This document shows positions 1 to 9,143 of a stretch of DNA of 44,003 nt, piece after piece. The stretch is from a virus. The translations under genes were made by a program, and so were the position numbers. The notes below the pieces were generated by a model, which had not been told where the DNA came from, searched no databases, and saw nothing but the letters and a program-made list of their open reading frames with translations. Position 1 is the first letter of the stretch; every line of letters starts with the position of its first letter. The stretch spans positions 1 through 44,003 of IMG/VR virus record IMGVR_UViG_3300012964_000007. One strand, given 5' to 3'.

Positions 1-123
1 AAAAGATAAACGAAGATCTAGTAAAATTAAACCGCCATTTTCTTGGTTCTATTGACCTTGACGACATCGTTAATGCAGATACTCTTACTGGTACAGACAG
101 AAAAATTTATCTTGAAAACGCAG
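1..123. repeat. Left copy of an exact 123-bp terminal duplication (identical to 43881-44003). Assembly overlap of a circular or circularly permuted genome.
   Basis: The first 123 nt and the last 123 nt of the window are identical base for base. The duplication lies inside an ORF, so a physical non-coding DTR is unlikely. Confidence 0.95.
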
Positions 124-347
124 AGGTACTCTTTAGCAATCCCGTTTTAATGAACGAACTGAGGCGAGCGGTTAAACTTCAGGTTGAGTTCATTGCTCGA
201 GAAGCGATAGGTGATGAGCAGGTCTACATCGGCCGAGGAGGAATAAATATGGCCGACCTTCTTGTTGAGAGATTTAATAACTTGCACGCTGAGTACAAGG
301 AGGAGACAAAGAGGGAAGATCCATTTGACCCATACGGAGTTGTTTGA
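1..347 (+). CDS. 3' part of a 117-aa junction-spanning ORF (start ATG 43874); hypothetical head-module protein
   Basis: The frame of track ORF 150-347 is open from base 3. The same frame runs from ATG 43874 (ATAATG overlap with the portal stop) through the duplicated end. Stop TGA 345-347. Confidence 0.55.
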   Translation, partial: KINEDLVKLNRHFLGSIDLDDIVNADTLTGTDRKIYLENAEVLFSNPVLMNELRRAVKLQVEFIAREAIGDEQVYIGRGGINMADLLVERFNNLHAEYKEETKREDPFDPYGVV

Positions 348-438
348 TATAATTTTTACATAGGTCGATAGTGTACGCCTTTCGTGTTTGGCGTCAAAAA
401 CATTGTTACAACATTATCAAGAATAACTAATTTAACTA

Positions 439-1002
439 ATGGAAGAAATAGAAAAAGAAAAGCAGGCAGCTCTCGAAGCAGAGAAGGCTAAAGCAATTGA
501 GGAGGCAACAGCTGAACTCAAAAAAAATCTCGAAGAGAAGGAGGTAGAGCTTAAGAAGCTCCAGGATAAGGATTTTAATTTTAGTAAGGTTCGAAAGGGA
601 GAAGAAGAGAAAGAAAAGGAAATTGAGGACCTCAAAAAGAAAGTTGAGGAGCTTAACTCTGTTCGCATTGGGGAGCACAAGAGTGATCTCATTAAGGTTC
701 TTGCGGGAGACGACGAAGATCTCAAGAAGACTATTGAGCATCACTATGACCGCATCAAGGATGACGCTCAAACGAAGGAGCAGATCGAAGCAAAACTCCG
801 TGAGGCTTATCACCTCGCAACTCGCGGGACAGCCTCACCTGACCCAATCCGAAGGCAGACTTCTGCAGCTTCTGGTGCTCCAGTAAAATCAGGAGCAGGG
901 GAAATCGACCCAGAAACAAAGGAGTGGGCCGCAGAATTCTCTCGTCGAACAGGATTGGTTCTCACTGATGAGGATCTTAAAAAGCACGCTAATAAAAATT
1001 AA
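439..1002 (+). CDS. Putative scaffolding protein (187 aa, highly charged coiled-coil type)
   Basis: Long ORF between portal and capsid genes. E/K-rich heptad-like sequence (EEKEVELKKLQ, EEEKEKEIEDLKKKVEEL). Antisense ORFs here are low-complexity shadows. Confidence 0.5.
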   Translation: MEEIEKEKQAALEAEKAKAIEEATAELKKNLEEKEVELKKLQDKDFNFSKVRKGEEEKEKEIEDLKKKVEELNSVRIGEHKSDLIKVLAGDDEDLKKTIEHHYDRIKDDAQTKEQIEAKLREAYHLATRGTASPDPIRRQTSAASGAPVKSGAGEIDPETKEWAAEFSRRTGLVLTDEDLKKHANKN

Positions 1003-1004
1003 TC

Positions 1005-1487
1005 ATGGCTAAAAAAGAAAAAAAAGAAGGCGAGGTGGAGAAGGTTTTGACAGTCGAGGAGAAAATTGAAGCTCTTCAAAAAATTGTTGAAAACCAGAAT
1101 TCAACAATCGCAATGCTCACAGAGGTTGCGGACAGGGGGCGCGTTGATAACTTCAATAAGAACAACAAGAAGGCAATTGAGACAATTGTTAACGTGTCTA
1201 CCCTTAACGGCCTTGTTGTTGTTGCATGGAGGAGTATTCTCGATGAAGTTTACAAAGATTCTCTCGGGGTATGGCACGAGAAGCAGGTTGTCGAGGTTAC
1301 AACAGAAGATGAAAAGACACAGACAATGGATTATGTCGATTTTTCGAGGAACATTAAAAAGGTTCCTGCTACTGTTGTAATGAGGGGAAAGACAAAGATT
1401 TCTGATGAGCCAGAGATTTACTCAGAGGAATTTCGTGTTTCAGTAGAGGGGAAAGAATACACCCTCGATGGTGCGTTTATTAATTAA
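1005..1487 (+). CDS. Hypothetical head-module protein (160 aa)
   Basis: ATG 2 nt after the preceding stop; tight packing in the late operon; no motif recognised. Confidence 0.5.
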   Translation: MAKKEKKEGEVEKVLTVEEKIEALQKIVENQNSTIAMLTEVADRGRVDNFNKNNKKAIETIVNVSTLNGLVVVAWRSILDEVYKDSLGVWHEKQVVEVTTEDEKTQTMDYVDFSRNIKKVPATVVMRGKTKISDEPEIYSEEFRVSVEGKEYTLDGAFIN

Positions 1488-1501
1488 TAACTTATATTTT
1501 T

Positions 1502-1711
1502 ATGGGAAAGAAAATTACCGCGAAAGCAGCAGGGAAGATGATTGATAAGATGGGAGGTATCCCAGGTGTTAAAAAGGGACCAAGACATATGGCGAAGAAA
1601 GGGTTGAGTGCCTATGAAAAAGCTAAGGCGGGAGGTACTCTCGGCCTTGGATTCGGAGGTCCAGCACCAAAGAAGGTCGTTGTTGCAAAAAAGAAAGTTT
1701 CAAAGAAATAA
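1502..1711 (+). CDS. Small Lys/Gly/Ala-rich basic protein (69 aa)
   Basis: ORF packed between neighbours. Sequence GKKITAKAAGK...PAPKKVVVAKKKVSKK is strongly basic and low complexity. Confidence 0.45.
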   Translation: MGKKITAKAAGKMIDKMGGIPGVKKGPRHMAKKGLSAYEKAKAGGTLGLGFGGPAPKKVVVAKKKVSKK

Positions 1712-1713
1712 TC

Positions 1714-2115
1714 ATGGCAAAATTCTACGGAGAAAAAGAGATTAAAGAGATTAAGGACTGCACAGACGAGAAGAAGCAGGAACTTGTTTTCACAGACGAG
1801 TCATCGTTAGTGCTTCCCAAAGCAATGGTTGCGTTGGCAACCACGGATGAAGCGATTGATGCGACAGCACTTCGCAATAAAAGATGCTTCCCCGTTGCAA
1901 AAGCTGTTCTCGAATTGTATCTTGACTGGGATATCCACATCTCAGAGATTGACTTCATCTCACAGCGTGTTATTATGAGTATAAACGAGAGCTTGATAAG
2001 AGCAGACGAAGTTCTTTGGAAGAAAAAAAGGCAAGATCAAACAATGTCTGACGTGAACAACGTCATTCAGAGCGCCCCAGCGGGAGAAATTCCATCTCCT
2101 TACGTTGGAAAATAG
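1714..2115 (+). CDS. Hypothetical head-module protein (133 aa)
   Basis: ATG 2 nt after the previous stop; no motif recognised. Confidence 0.5.
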   Translation: MAKFYGEKEIKEIKDCTDEKKQELVFTDESSLVLPKAMVALATTDEAIDATALRNKRCFPVAKAVLELYLDWDIHISEIDFISQRVIMSINESLIRADEVLWKKKRQDQTMSDVNNVIQSAPAGEIPSPYVGK

Positions 2116-2130
2116 TTTGTAATCACTGAC

Positions 2131-2158
2131 GTGCCGCCATTCATGGTTATGGCGGCAC
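2131..2158 (+). other. Perfect 10-bp stem hairpin GTGCCGCCAT-(8 nt)-ATGGCGGCAC in the intergenic spacer
   Basis: Read directly from the sequence. No U-tract follows, so it looks more like an RNA processing or stability element than an intrinsic terminator. Confidence 0.4.
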
Positions 2159-2278
2159 GAACTGTGGCAATAAACCACTCTCGAGGACTCAACCTTCGTA
2201 AAAAAAAGCTGATTGTACCGTTAGATCACGTCAAGATCCAAGCAGAGTTTGATTATCAATTTAGTTCATTTAAATAAA

Positions 2279-2692
2279 ATGTCATTTATTTTAAAGAAAG
2301 GAAGAACAAAGTTTGTTTATCTTCCTGTAACTACGTCTACTGCGATTACCGCTGGTACTCTTGTTACTTTTTCATCAGGACTTTTGGTTGCGGCAACTAG
2401 CTCAACTGCGGCGGCTGATATTGTTGGTGTTCTTCGCCACACAATCGCTTCAACAGATACAGACTATGCAACAGCTCGTCTTGTAGAAGTTCAGGTTCCT
2501 ACAGAGCGTTTTACTCAGTGGATTGGATCTGTAACATCAGGTCTTGTGGCAGCAGATATCGGCATCGAAGTTGACCTTACTGACGGCGCAACGGTAAACC
2601 GTGGAGCAACATCTGTAAAGGCTGTTCGTTGTCTTGAGGTTGTTAGCACGACAAGTGGTACATTCCTCATCAAGTTCATGGGCGCTTACTAG
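2279..2692 (+). CDS. Hypothetical small head protein, possibly a decoration/cement protein (137 aa)
   Basis: In-frame ATG 2279 preferred to the TTG 2249 start of the track ORF. Lies immediately upstream of the capsid gene. A/T/V/G-rich beta-type sequence. The functional guess is positional only. Confidence 0.35.
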   Translation: MSFILKKGRTKFVYLPVTTSTAITAGTLVTFSSGLLVAATSSTAAADIVGVLRHTIASTDTDYATARLVEVQVPTERFTQWIGSVTSGLVAADIGIEVDLTDGATVNRGATSVKAVRCLEVVSTTSGTFLIKFMGAY

Positions 2693-2778
2693 TTTATTAT
2701 TAAGTTAATTTAAAATATTTCCTTTTAGATCTGAGTGCACACCGGACCTTGGTTGCATACTAAGAGGAAGGAAATATC

Positions 2779-3786
2779 ATGGAGCTAAATACAATATCAC
2801 TCAATGTGTTCGTACAGCTCGCAAACGTTATCTTCGAAAAAGCGAAGGACGCTGTGAATAAAGCTGCTCGCAACTCAGGACTCTTTGCAACTGAGTCCGT
2901 ACCTGCAAATTCAGGTAACATCCGTCAATACACGGAAATCGATCTCAACCGTTACGCTCGCGTAAAGGGTGAAAGCGATCAAGCTGCACGTGCAAAGGTA
3001 CAGCAAGGATACACAAAGAACCTTAGTTCTTACCGTGTTGCTGCTGATATCGGCATTTCATACGAAATGCGTACTCAAAACAAGTACAACGATGTTATTA
3101 ATCGTCTCACAAGCCTTGCAAATCAGGCGAACGAGCGTATGGAGCTCGACTTGTCTCACCGCATTACTTTCGGTACAGCTACAACCTATACCGATATGGA
3201 TGGACGTTCTGTGGACATTTCTGTTGGTGACACGCTTGCCCTTTTCAGCACAGCGCACACAGTTCGTGGTTCTTCAACTACGTACCGCAACAAGCTTGCG
3301 AACTCACCTCAACTCTCACGCGGTGCTCTCGAGGCAATCGAGAAAAACGCTGTTGAGCAGTCAGTGAACCAGTTCGGAGAGAAGGTTAATATCTCGTTTG
3401 ATATTCTCTTCACAACCGACGACCCATCAACGCTTAACACTGCTCGTGAATACTTGAAGTCAATCGCTTCACCAGATTCAGCAAACAGTGGCGTTACAAA
3501 CGTTTATGAAGGTAAGTACAAGCACGTTGTTCTTCCTTTGATTGCAACAGACAACGCTGGTCTTGTTGACTCAACAAAGGCAAAGTATTGGGGTATCGCA
3601 TCATCGATGGCTACCTCAGCTCACCTTCTTGTTTGGGAGGAACCACACCTCAAGACACCTTCAGCAGGTTCTAACGGGGAAGACTTCCACACAGACGACT
3701 GGACATTCGGTGTTCGCGCAGGCTACGGTATTGCTGTAGTAAACGGACAGTGGATCCACATCTCTCTTGGAGACGGTACAGCTTAG
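2779..3786 (+). CDS. Putative major capsid protein (335 aa)
   Basis: Position after the portal/scaffold genes, typical size, one of the few genes with a good SD (AGAGGAAGGA 6-8 nt upstream), and strong hairpins directly downstream. No search performed. Confidence 0.6.
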   Translation: MELNTISLNVFVQLANVIFEKAKDAVNKAARNSGLFATESVPANSGNIRQYTEIDLNRYARVKGESDQAARAKVQQGYTKNLSSYRVAADIGISYEMRTQNKYNDVINRLTSLANQANERMELDLSHRITFGTATTYTDMDGRSVDISVGDTLALFSTAHTVRGSSTTYRNKLANSPQLSRGALEAIEKNAVEQSVNQFGEKVNISFDILFTTDDPSTLNTAREYLKSIASPDSANSGVTNVYEGKYKHVVLPLIATDNAGLVDSTKAKYWGIASSMATSAHLLVWEEPHLKTPSAGSNGEDFHTDDWTFGVRAGYGIAVVNGQWIHISLGDGTA

Positions 3787-3801
3787 TTCCTGTTTATCAT
3801 T

Positions 3802-3864
3802 TAACAACCCTCACGGGTTGTTACCTCAAGCTTAAATTATAGGCTTAAGATAACAACCCGTGAG
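3802..3864 (+). terminator. Three-arm hairpin system after the capsid gene (two mutually exclusive stems)
   Basis: TAACAACCC (3802-3810) pairs with GGGTTGTTA (3815-3823). Alternatively, CTCACGGGTTGTTA (3810-3823) pairs over 14 bp with TAACAACCCGTGAG (3851-3864). No clear U-tract. Confidence 0.45.
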
Positions 3865-3911
3865 ATAAAATCCTTCGACAAGGGCGAAGTAAAAAATCCC
3901 AAGTAATTTAT

Positions 3912-4823
3912 ATGTCATTTCCAAACCAACTTAGTCGCTATGGTGCGATCTCGAAGACACTTCCAGGTCTCGCTCCATCAGCAAAAGTTTTCTTCGTTCT
4001 TAATACTTCAAATTCATGGTTCGCAGATTTCTCAAATGAATTTCCTGTGGACTCGTTTGGTGTCGTTCGTGTTTTCTCAACAATTAAGACGGCTCTTGCT
4101 TCTTGTGTTGCAAACCGTGGAGATGTTGTCCTTGTTATGCCTGGACACAGCGAGAGTATTACAAACACGACCGACCTCAATGTGAATATAGCAGGTGTTC
4201 GTGTTATCGGTGTTGGTAACGGTAATAATCGTCCAGTTATCACGGTTAACACAGCAACAACGGCATTGATCACAATGTCCGCAGCTAACACATCTCTCGA
4301 GAACCTCATTATTGATGGTACTGGTTTCGATGCAATTGCTAAAGTTATTAGCGTTACTGCGGCTGGAGTATCTATTCTGGGGAACAAGTTTATCCTCGCA
4401 GGAGCAAGCGCTCAAGCAACACTTGGTATCCTTACTACCGCAGCTGCAAACGACCTTACGATTAAGGACAATTTGTTCTACGGAACATCAGATGCTGGAA
4501 CTACTGCAGCAATCGAACTTGTTGGTGGTTCAAATATCCTCATTGAGAACAACAACCTCATTGGAGCATACTCTTCTGGCGTTGGTGGTATTACAAATAT
4601 CACAACTGACTGTGTAGACCTTATTGTTAAGGGAAACACTATCAACAACCTCACTGCTTCAAACACAAAGGCTATGGCCTTTACTTCTGGATCAACAGGG
4701 ATTATCGCAAACAACCGCATGCAAATTCTTTCGGGTACAGCTCCTATTACAGGTGCTGCAATGTCATGGGTCGGTGGAAACTACTACGCTGCAACAATCG
4801 CTACTGCAGGTACGCTCATTTAA
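3912..4823 (+). CDS. Right-handed parallel beta-helix repeat protein (303 aa); tailspike/depolymerase-like
   Basis: Repeated coils of the type NLIIDGTG..., ILGNKFIL..., IKDNLFYG..., ILIENNNLIG..., LIVKGNTINN..., typical of PbH1 / pectate-lyase-fold proteins. Confidence 0.65.
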   Translation: MSFPNQLSRYGAISKTLPGLAPSAKVFFVLNTSNSWFADFSNEFPVDSFGVVRVFSTIKTALASCVANRGDVVLVMPGHSESITNTTDLNVNIAGVRVIGVGNGNNRPVITVNTATTALITMSAANTSLENLIIDGTGFDAIAKVISVTAAGVSILGNKFILAGASAQATLGILTTAAANDLTIKDNLFYGTSDAGTTAAIELVGGSNILIENNNLIGAYSSGVGGITNITTDCVDLIVKGNTINNLTASNTKAMAFTSGSTGIIANNRMQILSGTAPITGAAMSWVGGNYYAATIATAGTLI

Positions 4824-4834
4824 TTATCCACTTC

Positions 4835-4888
4835 CTTGTGGTCTTCCTTTGTGGTATGATTTATATACCACAGGGATAAGACCACAAG
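4835..4888 (+). other. Long imperfect hairpin (11 bp + internal loop + 8 bp) in the intergenic spacer
   Basis: CTTGTGGTCTT (4835-4845) pairs with AAGACCACAAG (4878-4888). The inner arm TGTGGTAT pairs with ATACCACA. Confidence 0.4.
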
Positions 4889-4904
4889 ATAAACACACAA
4901 CATC

Positions 4905-5474
4905 ATGGAATTACTTTCACGCGATAAACGAGATGGATATGTTTATGACCCAATTGTAAAGCAGTACGATACTACTTTCTGGAAAGCAACAACAGGAACA
5001 CCAGCGATGTCGGGGAACGTATTGCGCTTCAACGCAGCTGCGGTTGGTTCATACATCCAACACATCTATGCTGACATAGAATTTAACCTTACGGTTCCAA
5101 CAGCACCTACTTCAGGAGATGCACGACATTGGGGCCTCAGAAACCCATCATCTGACAACATGGGGGCAGTTTATTTCAAAATTGCAGGGGCAGTATTTAC
5201 TGCTGAAGTCGTTGATAGCGCAGGAAACGCAACATCGACGACACTTTCATGGAGTGCCGGGTACACAGCTACTGCAACAACTTATAGAATCCGCTGGGAG
5301 GCAGATCACATTTTCTTCTATATCAACGGAGTAATTGTCGCAACGGTGTCAACAGCAAATACTTCAAAGAACCAGATCCCTTGTGACGCGCTCCTTGCCA
5401 GAATTGTTAACGGTAACGCAGACAACATGGACCTTACCTACATGTGGGTACGTCGCGCAGCATCTATCATCTAA
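4905..5474 (+). CDS. Hypothetical virion-module protein (189 aa), possibly a jelly-roll/lectin-like fold
   Basis: Clean ORF. The fold guess rests only on the beta-rich sequence style (YRIRWEADHIFFYINGVIVATV). Confidence 0.45.
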   Translation: MELLSRDKRDGYVYDPIVKQYDTTFWKATTGTPAMSGNVLRFNAAAVGSYIQHIYADIEFNLTVPTAPTSGDARHWGLRNPSSDNMGAVYFKIAGAVFTAEVVDSAGNATSTTLSWSAGYTATATTYRIRWEADHIFFYINGVIVATVSTANTSKNQIPCDALLARIVNGNADNMDLTYMWVRRAASII

Positions 5475-5476
5475 TT

Positions 5477-6022
5477 ATGAACAAAATACTCACAACAATA
5501 ATCGGACTCCTAATGTTGATGATAGCCTTTCCGGCGTCCGCTGCTCTCCTTGGAGTAAATACATGGAGTCTTTTGTCTCCATTCCTTATTCAAAAAACAG
5601 GGACGGCTCTTATCGCAGGAACCTCGGGGGACACTCTGGGAACAAGCGGAAACACATGGGCTGCTGGATGGTTTACGAACTTAAATGCTTCTAATAGTAT
5701 GAGTGTTGGGACCTCTACTGTTTCCGAGAATACAACAACTATTCAAGCAGTGTCAACTACAGATACGTTTGAAGCATATAATGCTTCTGGAACTTCACAG
5801 TTCATTATTAAGGCAAATAATTTTGTTGGAGTTGGAACATCTACCCCATCATCACAATTCCAAGTTGCAACAACAACAGCATCCGCAACAACAACAATAA
5901 CGATTGGTCGAGGTGGGCAGGGCAAAGGATCTTGCCTTGAGTTATATAATACGGCGGGGACTGTCGAATACGCTTATATTGTTGGAACAACATGGACAGT
6001 CTCAGCAACTAGTTGTAAATAA
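5477..6022 (+). CDS. Signal-peptide-bearing T/S/G-rich protein (181 aa)
   Basis: ATG 5477 preferred over the alternative start at 5444. The N-terminus MNKILTTIIGLLMLMIAFPASA looks like a Sec signal with an AxA site. Contains the fibre-like segment NNFVGVGTSTPSSQFQV. Confidence 0.55.
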   Translation: MNKILTTIIGLLMLMIAFPASAALLGVNTWSLLSPFLIQKTGTALIAGTSGDTLGTSGNTWAAGWFTNLNASNSMSVGTSTVSENTTTIQAVSTTDTFEAYNASGTSQFIIKANNFVGVGTSTPSSQFQVATTTASATTTITIGRGGQGKGSCLELYNTAGTVEYAYIVGTTWTVSATSCK

Positions 6023-6025
6023 ACT

Positions 6026-6250
6026 ATGGATATATCGACAGCTATTCAAGGTGGTGGAACACTAGCGACAATCGCGGTAATGTGGTTTATGATAAAATAT
6101 TTTATCCGCGTTGTTGAAAAAAAAGACGAACAAATTCAGACTGCATACAATGACTTTAAGACCATAATCACTGGTCACATGACGAGAGAAGAGCATGCTT
6201 TTAAAGAACTAACGATGTCTCTTCAGGACTGCTTAAGAAATAAGAAATAA
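6026..6250 (+). CDS. Small single-pass membrane protein (74 aa)
   Basis: Hydrophobic helix GGGTLATIAVMWFMIKYFI followed by a charged tail. Confidence 0.5.
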   Translation: MDISTAIQGGGTLATIAVMWFMIKYFIRVVEKKDEQIQTAYNDFKTIITGHMTREEHAFKELTMSLQDCLRNKK

Positions 6251-6937
6251 ATGGCATACCTCAAACTTAAAAATACAGACAGGAGAGTCAAGGAAAAACT
6301 TGTCGCAAAGAAAGTTGAGGATATTTCATCTAGCATAAATAAGAAATCTCAAGAGTTGGGAGATGTCACTTCTGTTCATGAGTCAAAAAAAAGAGAGATT
6401 GACACAATGAGCAAAGAGGTTCTCTCCATCAACAATATAATTAGGGTAAAGGGAGAAGAAATTCTATCTCTTGAGAAATTAATCTCAAGAAAAAATGATG
6501 AGCTAAAAGAACTCATTGCGAAACACGGCGAAATTGACCAATCTCACCGTGAGAAAATTTTGTCTCTTAATGAGAAAGAGAATGCTCTAATTAATTTAGA
6601 TTCATCAATCCAGGAGAAAAAAGAAGAACTTGAACTAGCTACTCACTCATGGGAGAAGGCAGAGCTCGCTCTTTTTGAGGCTAACAAAAACAGAAAAGAA
6701 ATAGAAAAAACAATTGCTGCGAAGTTTGCGATTCTTGCAACTCGAGAAAACGATGTGGACAAAAAGGAAAAAGAGGTTAATGACAAACTCCATAAAAATG
6801 GTATGATTCTAACTAGGATAGAGGAACAGCACGGGAAGCTTGATCTCTATGTAAAAAGACTTCAGAGGTACTATAATGAGACTGGGGTCAATATACAGAT
6901 TCTCGATGAGTTCGGCATAAAAGGAGACAATATTTAA
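6251..6937 (+). CDS. Coiled-coil protein (228 aa)
   Basis: ATG overlaps the previous stop (TAAATG). E/K/L-rich heptad-like sequence throughout. Confidence 0.55.
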   Translation: MAYLKLKNTDRRVKEKLVAKKVEDISSSINKKSQELGDVTSVHESKKREIDTMSKEVLSINNIIRVKGEEILSLEKLISRKNDELKELIAKHGEIDQSHREKILSLNEKENALINLDSSIQEKKEELELATHSWEKAELALFEANKNRKEIEKTIAAKFAILATRENDVDKKEKEVNDKLHKNGMILTRIEEQHGKLDLYVKRLQRYYNETGVNIQILDEFGIKGDNI

Positions 6938-6939
6938 AC

Positions 6940-7278
6940 ATGACATCAAGATTTTTAAATCCAGTTGCACCAGGAGGGCTTCTATCTCAAGACGGAGGAT
7001 CACTTAGCGCCGCAGAGGCACTTATGGTTCAGAAGATGAATCTCGGAACTTATTTTTATGAAAATGAGGTTCCTTCGGGGACAGTAAATGGATCAAATGC
7101 TGTATTCACCACTGCTCATACAGTTAATCCGACAACATCTGCTGAAGTATATGTCAATGGTCAATTCATGAAACCGGGAGGTGTTGACTATACGTTCAGT
7201 TCCACTAACACCATTACATTTGTTACCCCTCCACCAACGAACTCAATTATTCTTGTTAATTATCGAAGCGCACCATAA
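6940..7278 (+). CDS. Small beta-rich virion-module protein (112 aa), Ig-like style
   Basis: Pattern VPSGTVNGSNAVFTTAHTVNPTTSAEVYVNGQFMKPGGVDYTF...ITFVTPPP resembles Ig-like domains seen in phage structural proteins (from memory). Confidence 0.45.
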   Translation: MTSRFLNPVAPGGLLSQDGGSLSAAEALMVQKMNLGTYFYENEVPSGTVNGSNAVFTTAHTVNPTTSAEVYVNGQFMKPGGVDYTFSSTNTITFVTPPPTNSIILVNYRSAP

Positions 7279-9041
7279 TGAAAAAACTATTATTTTTAAT
7301 CGGATTTTTGGTAGGAGGAGCAACAATTGCAAATGCTGCAAGTGTGTTCTTCCCATATCAAGGCGGAACGGGCACCTCAACAGTACCTACGAGCGGATAC
7401 GTTCTCGTCGGTCAATCAAATGGCACCTATGCGCCACAAGCAACATCAACACTTGGTCTCGGTGGAGGTGGTTCAGGGACAGTAACATCTATTACGGCGG
7501 GTACTGGTCTGACAGGTGGAACTATAACGACAAGCGGAACAATCGCTCTTTCTTCTCCTGTATCAATCGCAAACGGTGGAACAGGTTCAACAACAGCAAA
7601 TACCGCTTTTAACTCCTTGTCACCATTAACGACACTGGGGGATATTCTTTATGGGGGATCGAGTGGTGTGGGAACTCGTCTTGGTGGGAATACAGCAACT
7701 ACAACATTTTACTTATCTCAGGTTGGAGATGGAACAAATTCGGCCGCTCCTTCATGGCAAGCAGTACCAGTCGCAGGTTCAAAGTTTTATTACATGTATG
7801 CGACTCAAGCAACGTCTTCATCTGCATTCTTCAACATGAATTCAGTTGCCTCGACTACGTCGACTACGGTTCCTTATGTTCTTACTGCCTCCACTCAGTT
7901 TGTTCAAAACTGGATTTCACCAACAGGGACACCAGACGTTACTGTGATTCCCGCCGGGTCATATACATTAGATTTGTTTGCTTGGAGAAGTTCTGGTTCT
8001 GCTTCCATTACGTTATATGCAGAGATTTGGGAGGTTTCTTCAACAGGAGCAGACATATCGCTCATTGGCACAACAAACACCACGCCAAACCTAACAAATT
8101 CAAAGGCTCAGTATAATATTACAGTAACAGCGTCACAGCATACGATGTCTAGCACCGCCTCACGTATCCTTGTGAGACTATATGCTACAGCCGCAGGAAC
8201 GCCTACACTCAGTCTTGCAATGGGAGATGGGGATCCAACGGATCTTTTTACCCCTGGTATTACTGTAGATACCACAAACTTCGTACCATACACAGGGGCC
8301 ACCGCAAACCTCAATCTAGGTTCCCTGGATTTTCTAACAACTGGTTCTCTTGGTTCAACTGGTTCGAGACTTCTAAAGGCATGGCTTACGGATCTTACCG
8401 TTACAAATACAATCTCAGGTTCAATCACTGGCAATGCTGCAACGGTAACAACTAATGCAAACCTAACTGGGCCAATCACTTCTTCGGGGAATGCAACCGC
8501 TATTGCATCACAAACAGGAACGGGTACAAAATTTGTAGTAGATACTTCGCCAACCCTTGTAACGCCGATTCTTGGTGTTGCCTCATCGACAGCATTATCT
8601 GTTTCCGGGAATCTCTATGTAACAGGAACCTCTACTCTCGCAACGACAACAATAACAAGGCTTGGGGTTTCTTCCTCTGCCCCAACAAATAGTATTTCTG
8701 TTGGTTCGGGTGCAATTTCGGTAGCAGAAAATACTGTTGCAACGTCGACCACGCAGACGATTAATTGGACTGAAGGGAACCAGCAACTAATGCGAATTGG
8801 GACAGCGGCAATCTCAGTTACTTTTGCATCTTCTACTCCAGGGCAGAAACTAACCTTGGTAGTATGTAACGCACCAGCGGGGACAGCCGGAGCATTGACT
8901 TTCTCGAGCGCGGTAACATGGGCAAACCATACGACACCAACGCAGACAACGACGGCAAATAATTGTGATGTGTGGTCGTTCCTAAGTACCAATGCAACAT
9001 CAACACAAAGATATTTTGGGACCATGAGTCCAAATTTCTAA
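7278..9041 (+). CDS. Tail-fibre-like protein with an N-terminal Sec-type signal peptide (587 aa)
   Basis: Start overlaps the previous stop (TAATG). N-terminus MKKLLFLIGFLVGGATIANA|AS. Repeated GGTG(T/S) and T/S/G-rich fibre-like segments. Confidence 0.6.
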   Translation: MKKLLFLIGFLVGGATIANAASVFFPYQGGTGTSTVPTSGYVLVGQSNGTYAPQATSTLGLGGGGSGTVTSITAGTGLTGGTITTSGTIALSSPVSIANGGTGSTTANTAFNSLSPLTTLGDILYGGSSGVGTRLGGNTATTTFYLSQVGDGTNSAAPSWQAVPVAGSKFYYMYATQATSSSAFFNMNSVASTTSTTVPYVLTASTQFVQNWISPTGTPDVTVIPAGSYTLDLFAWRSSGSASITLYAEIWEVSSTGADISLIGTTNTTPNLTNSKAQYNITVTASQHTMSSTASRILVRLYATAAGTPTLSLAMGDGDPTDLFTPGITVDTTNFVPYTGATANLNLGSLDFLTTGSLGSTGSRLLKAWLTDLTVTNTISGSITGNAATVTTNANLTGPITSSGNATAIASQTGTGTKFVVDTSPTLVTPILGVASSTALSVSGNLYVTGTSTLATTTITRLGVSSSAPTNSISVGSGAISVAENTVATSTTQTINWTEGNQQLMRIGTAAISVTFASSTPGQKLTLVVCNAPAGTAGALTFSSAVTWANHTTPTQTTTANNCDVWSFLSTNATSTQRYFGTMSPNF

Positions 9042-9143
9042 TATGAAAAAGATACTTTCATTCTTAATTGGAACTTGGAAAAATTGCAACAACCAATGTG
9101 ATACTTCTTATTATCTACGAGAAATGTCAGCATTAAAAAATAT

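Noticed and set aside
1-123. True physical direct terminal repeats (T7-like DTR)
   Set aside because: The repeat lies within a coding sequence that reads continuously across the junction. This fits an assembly overlap of a circular or permuted genome better, but it cannot be settled without reads.
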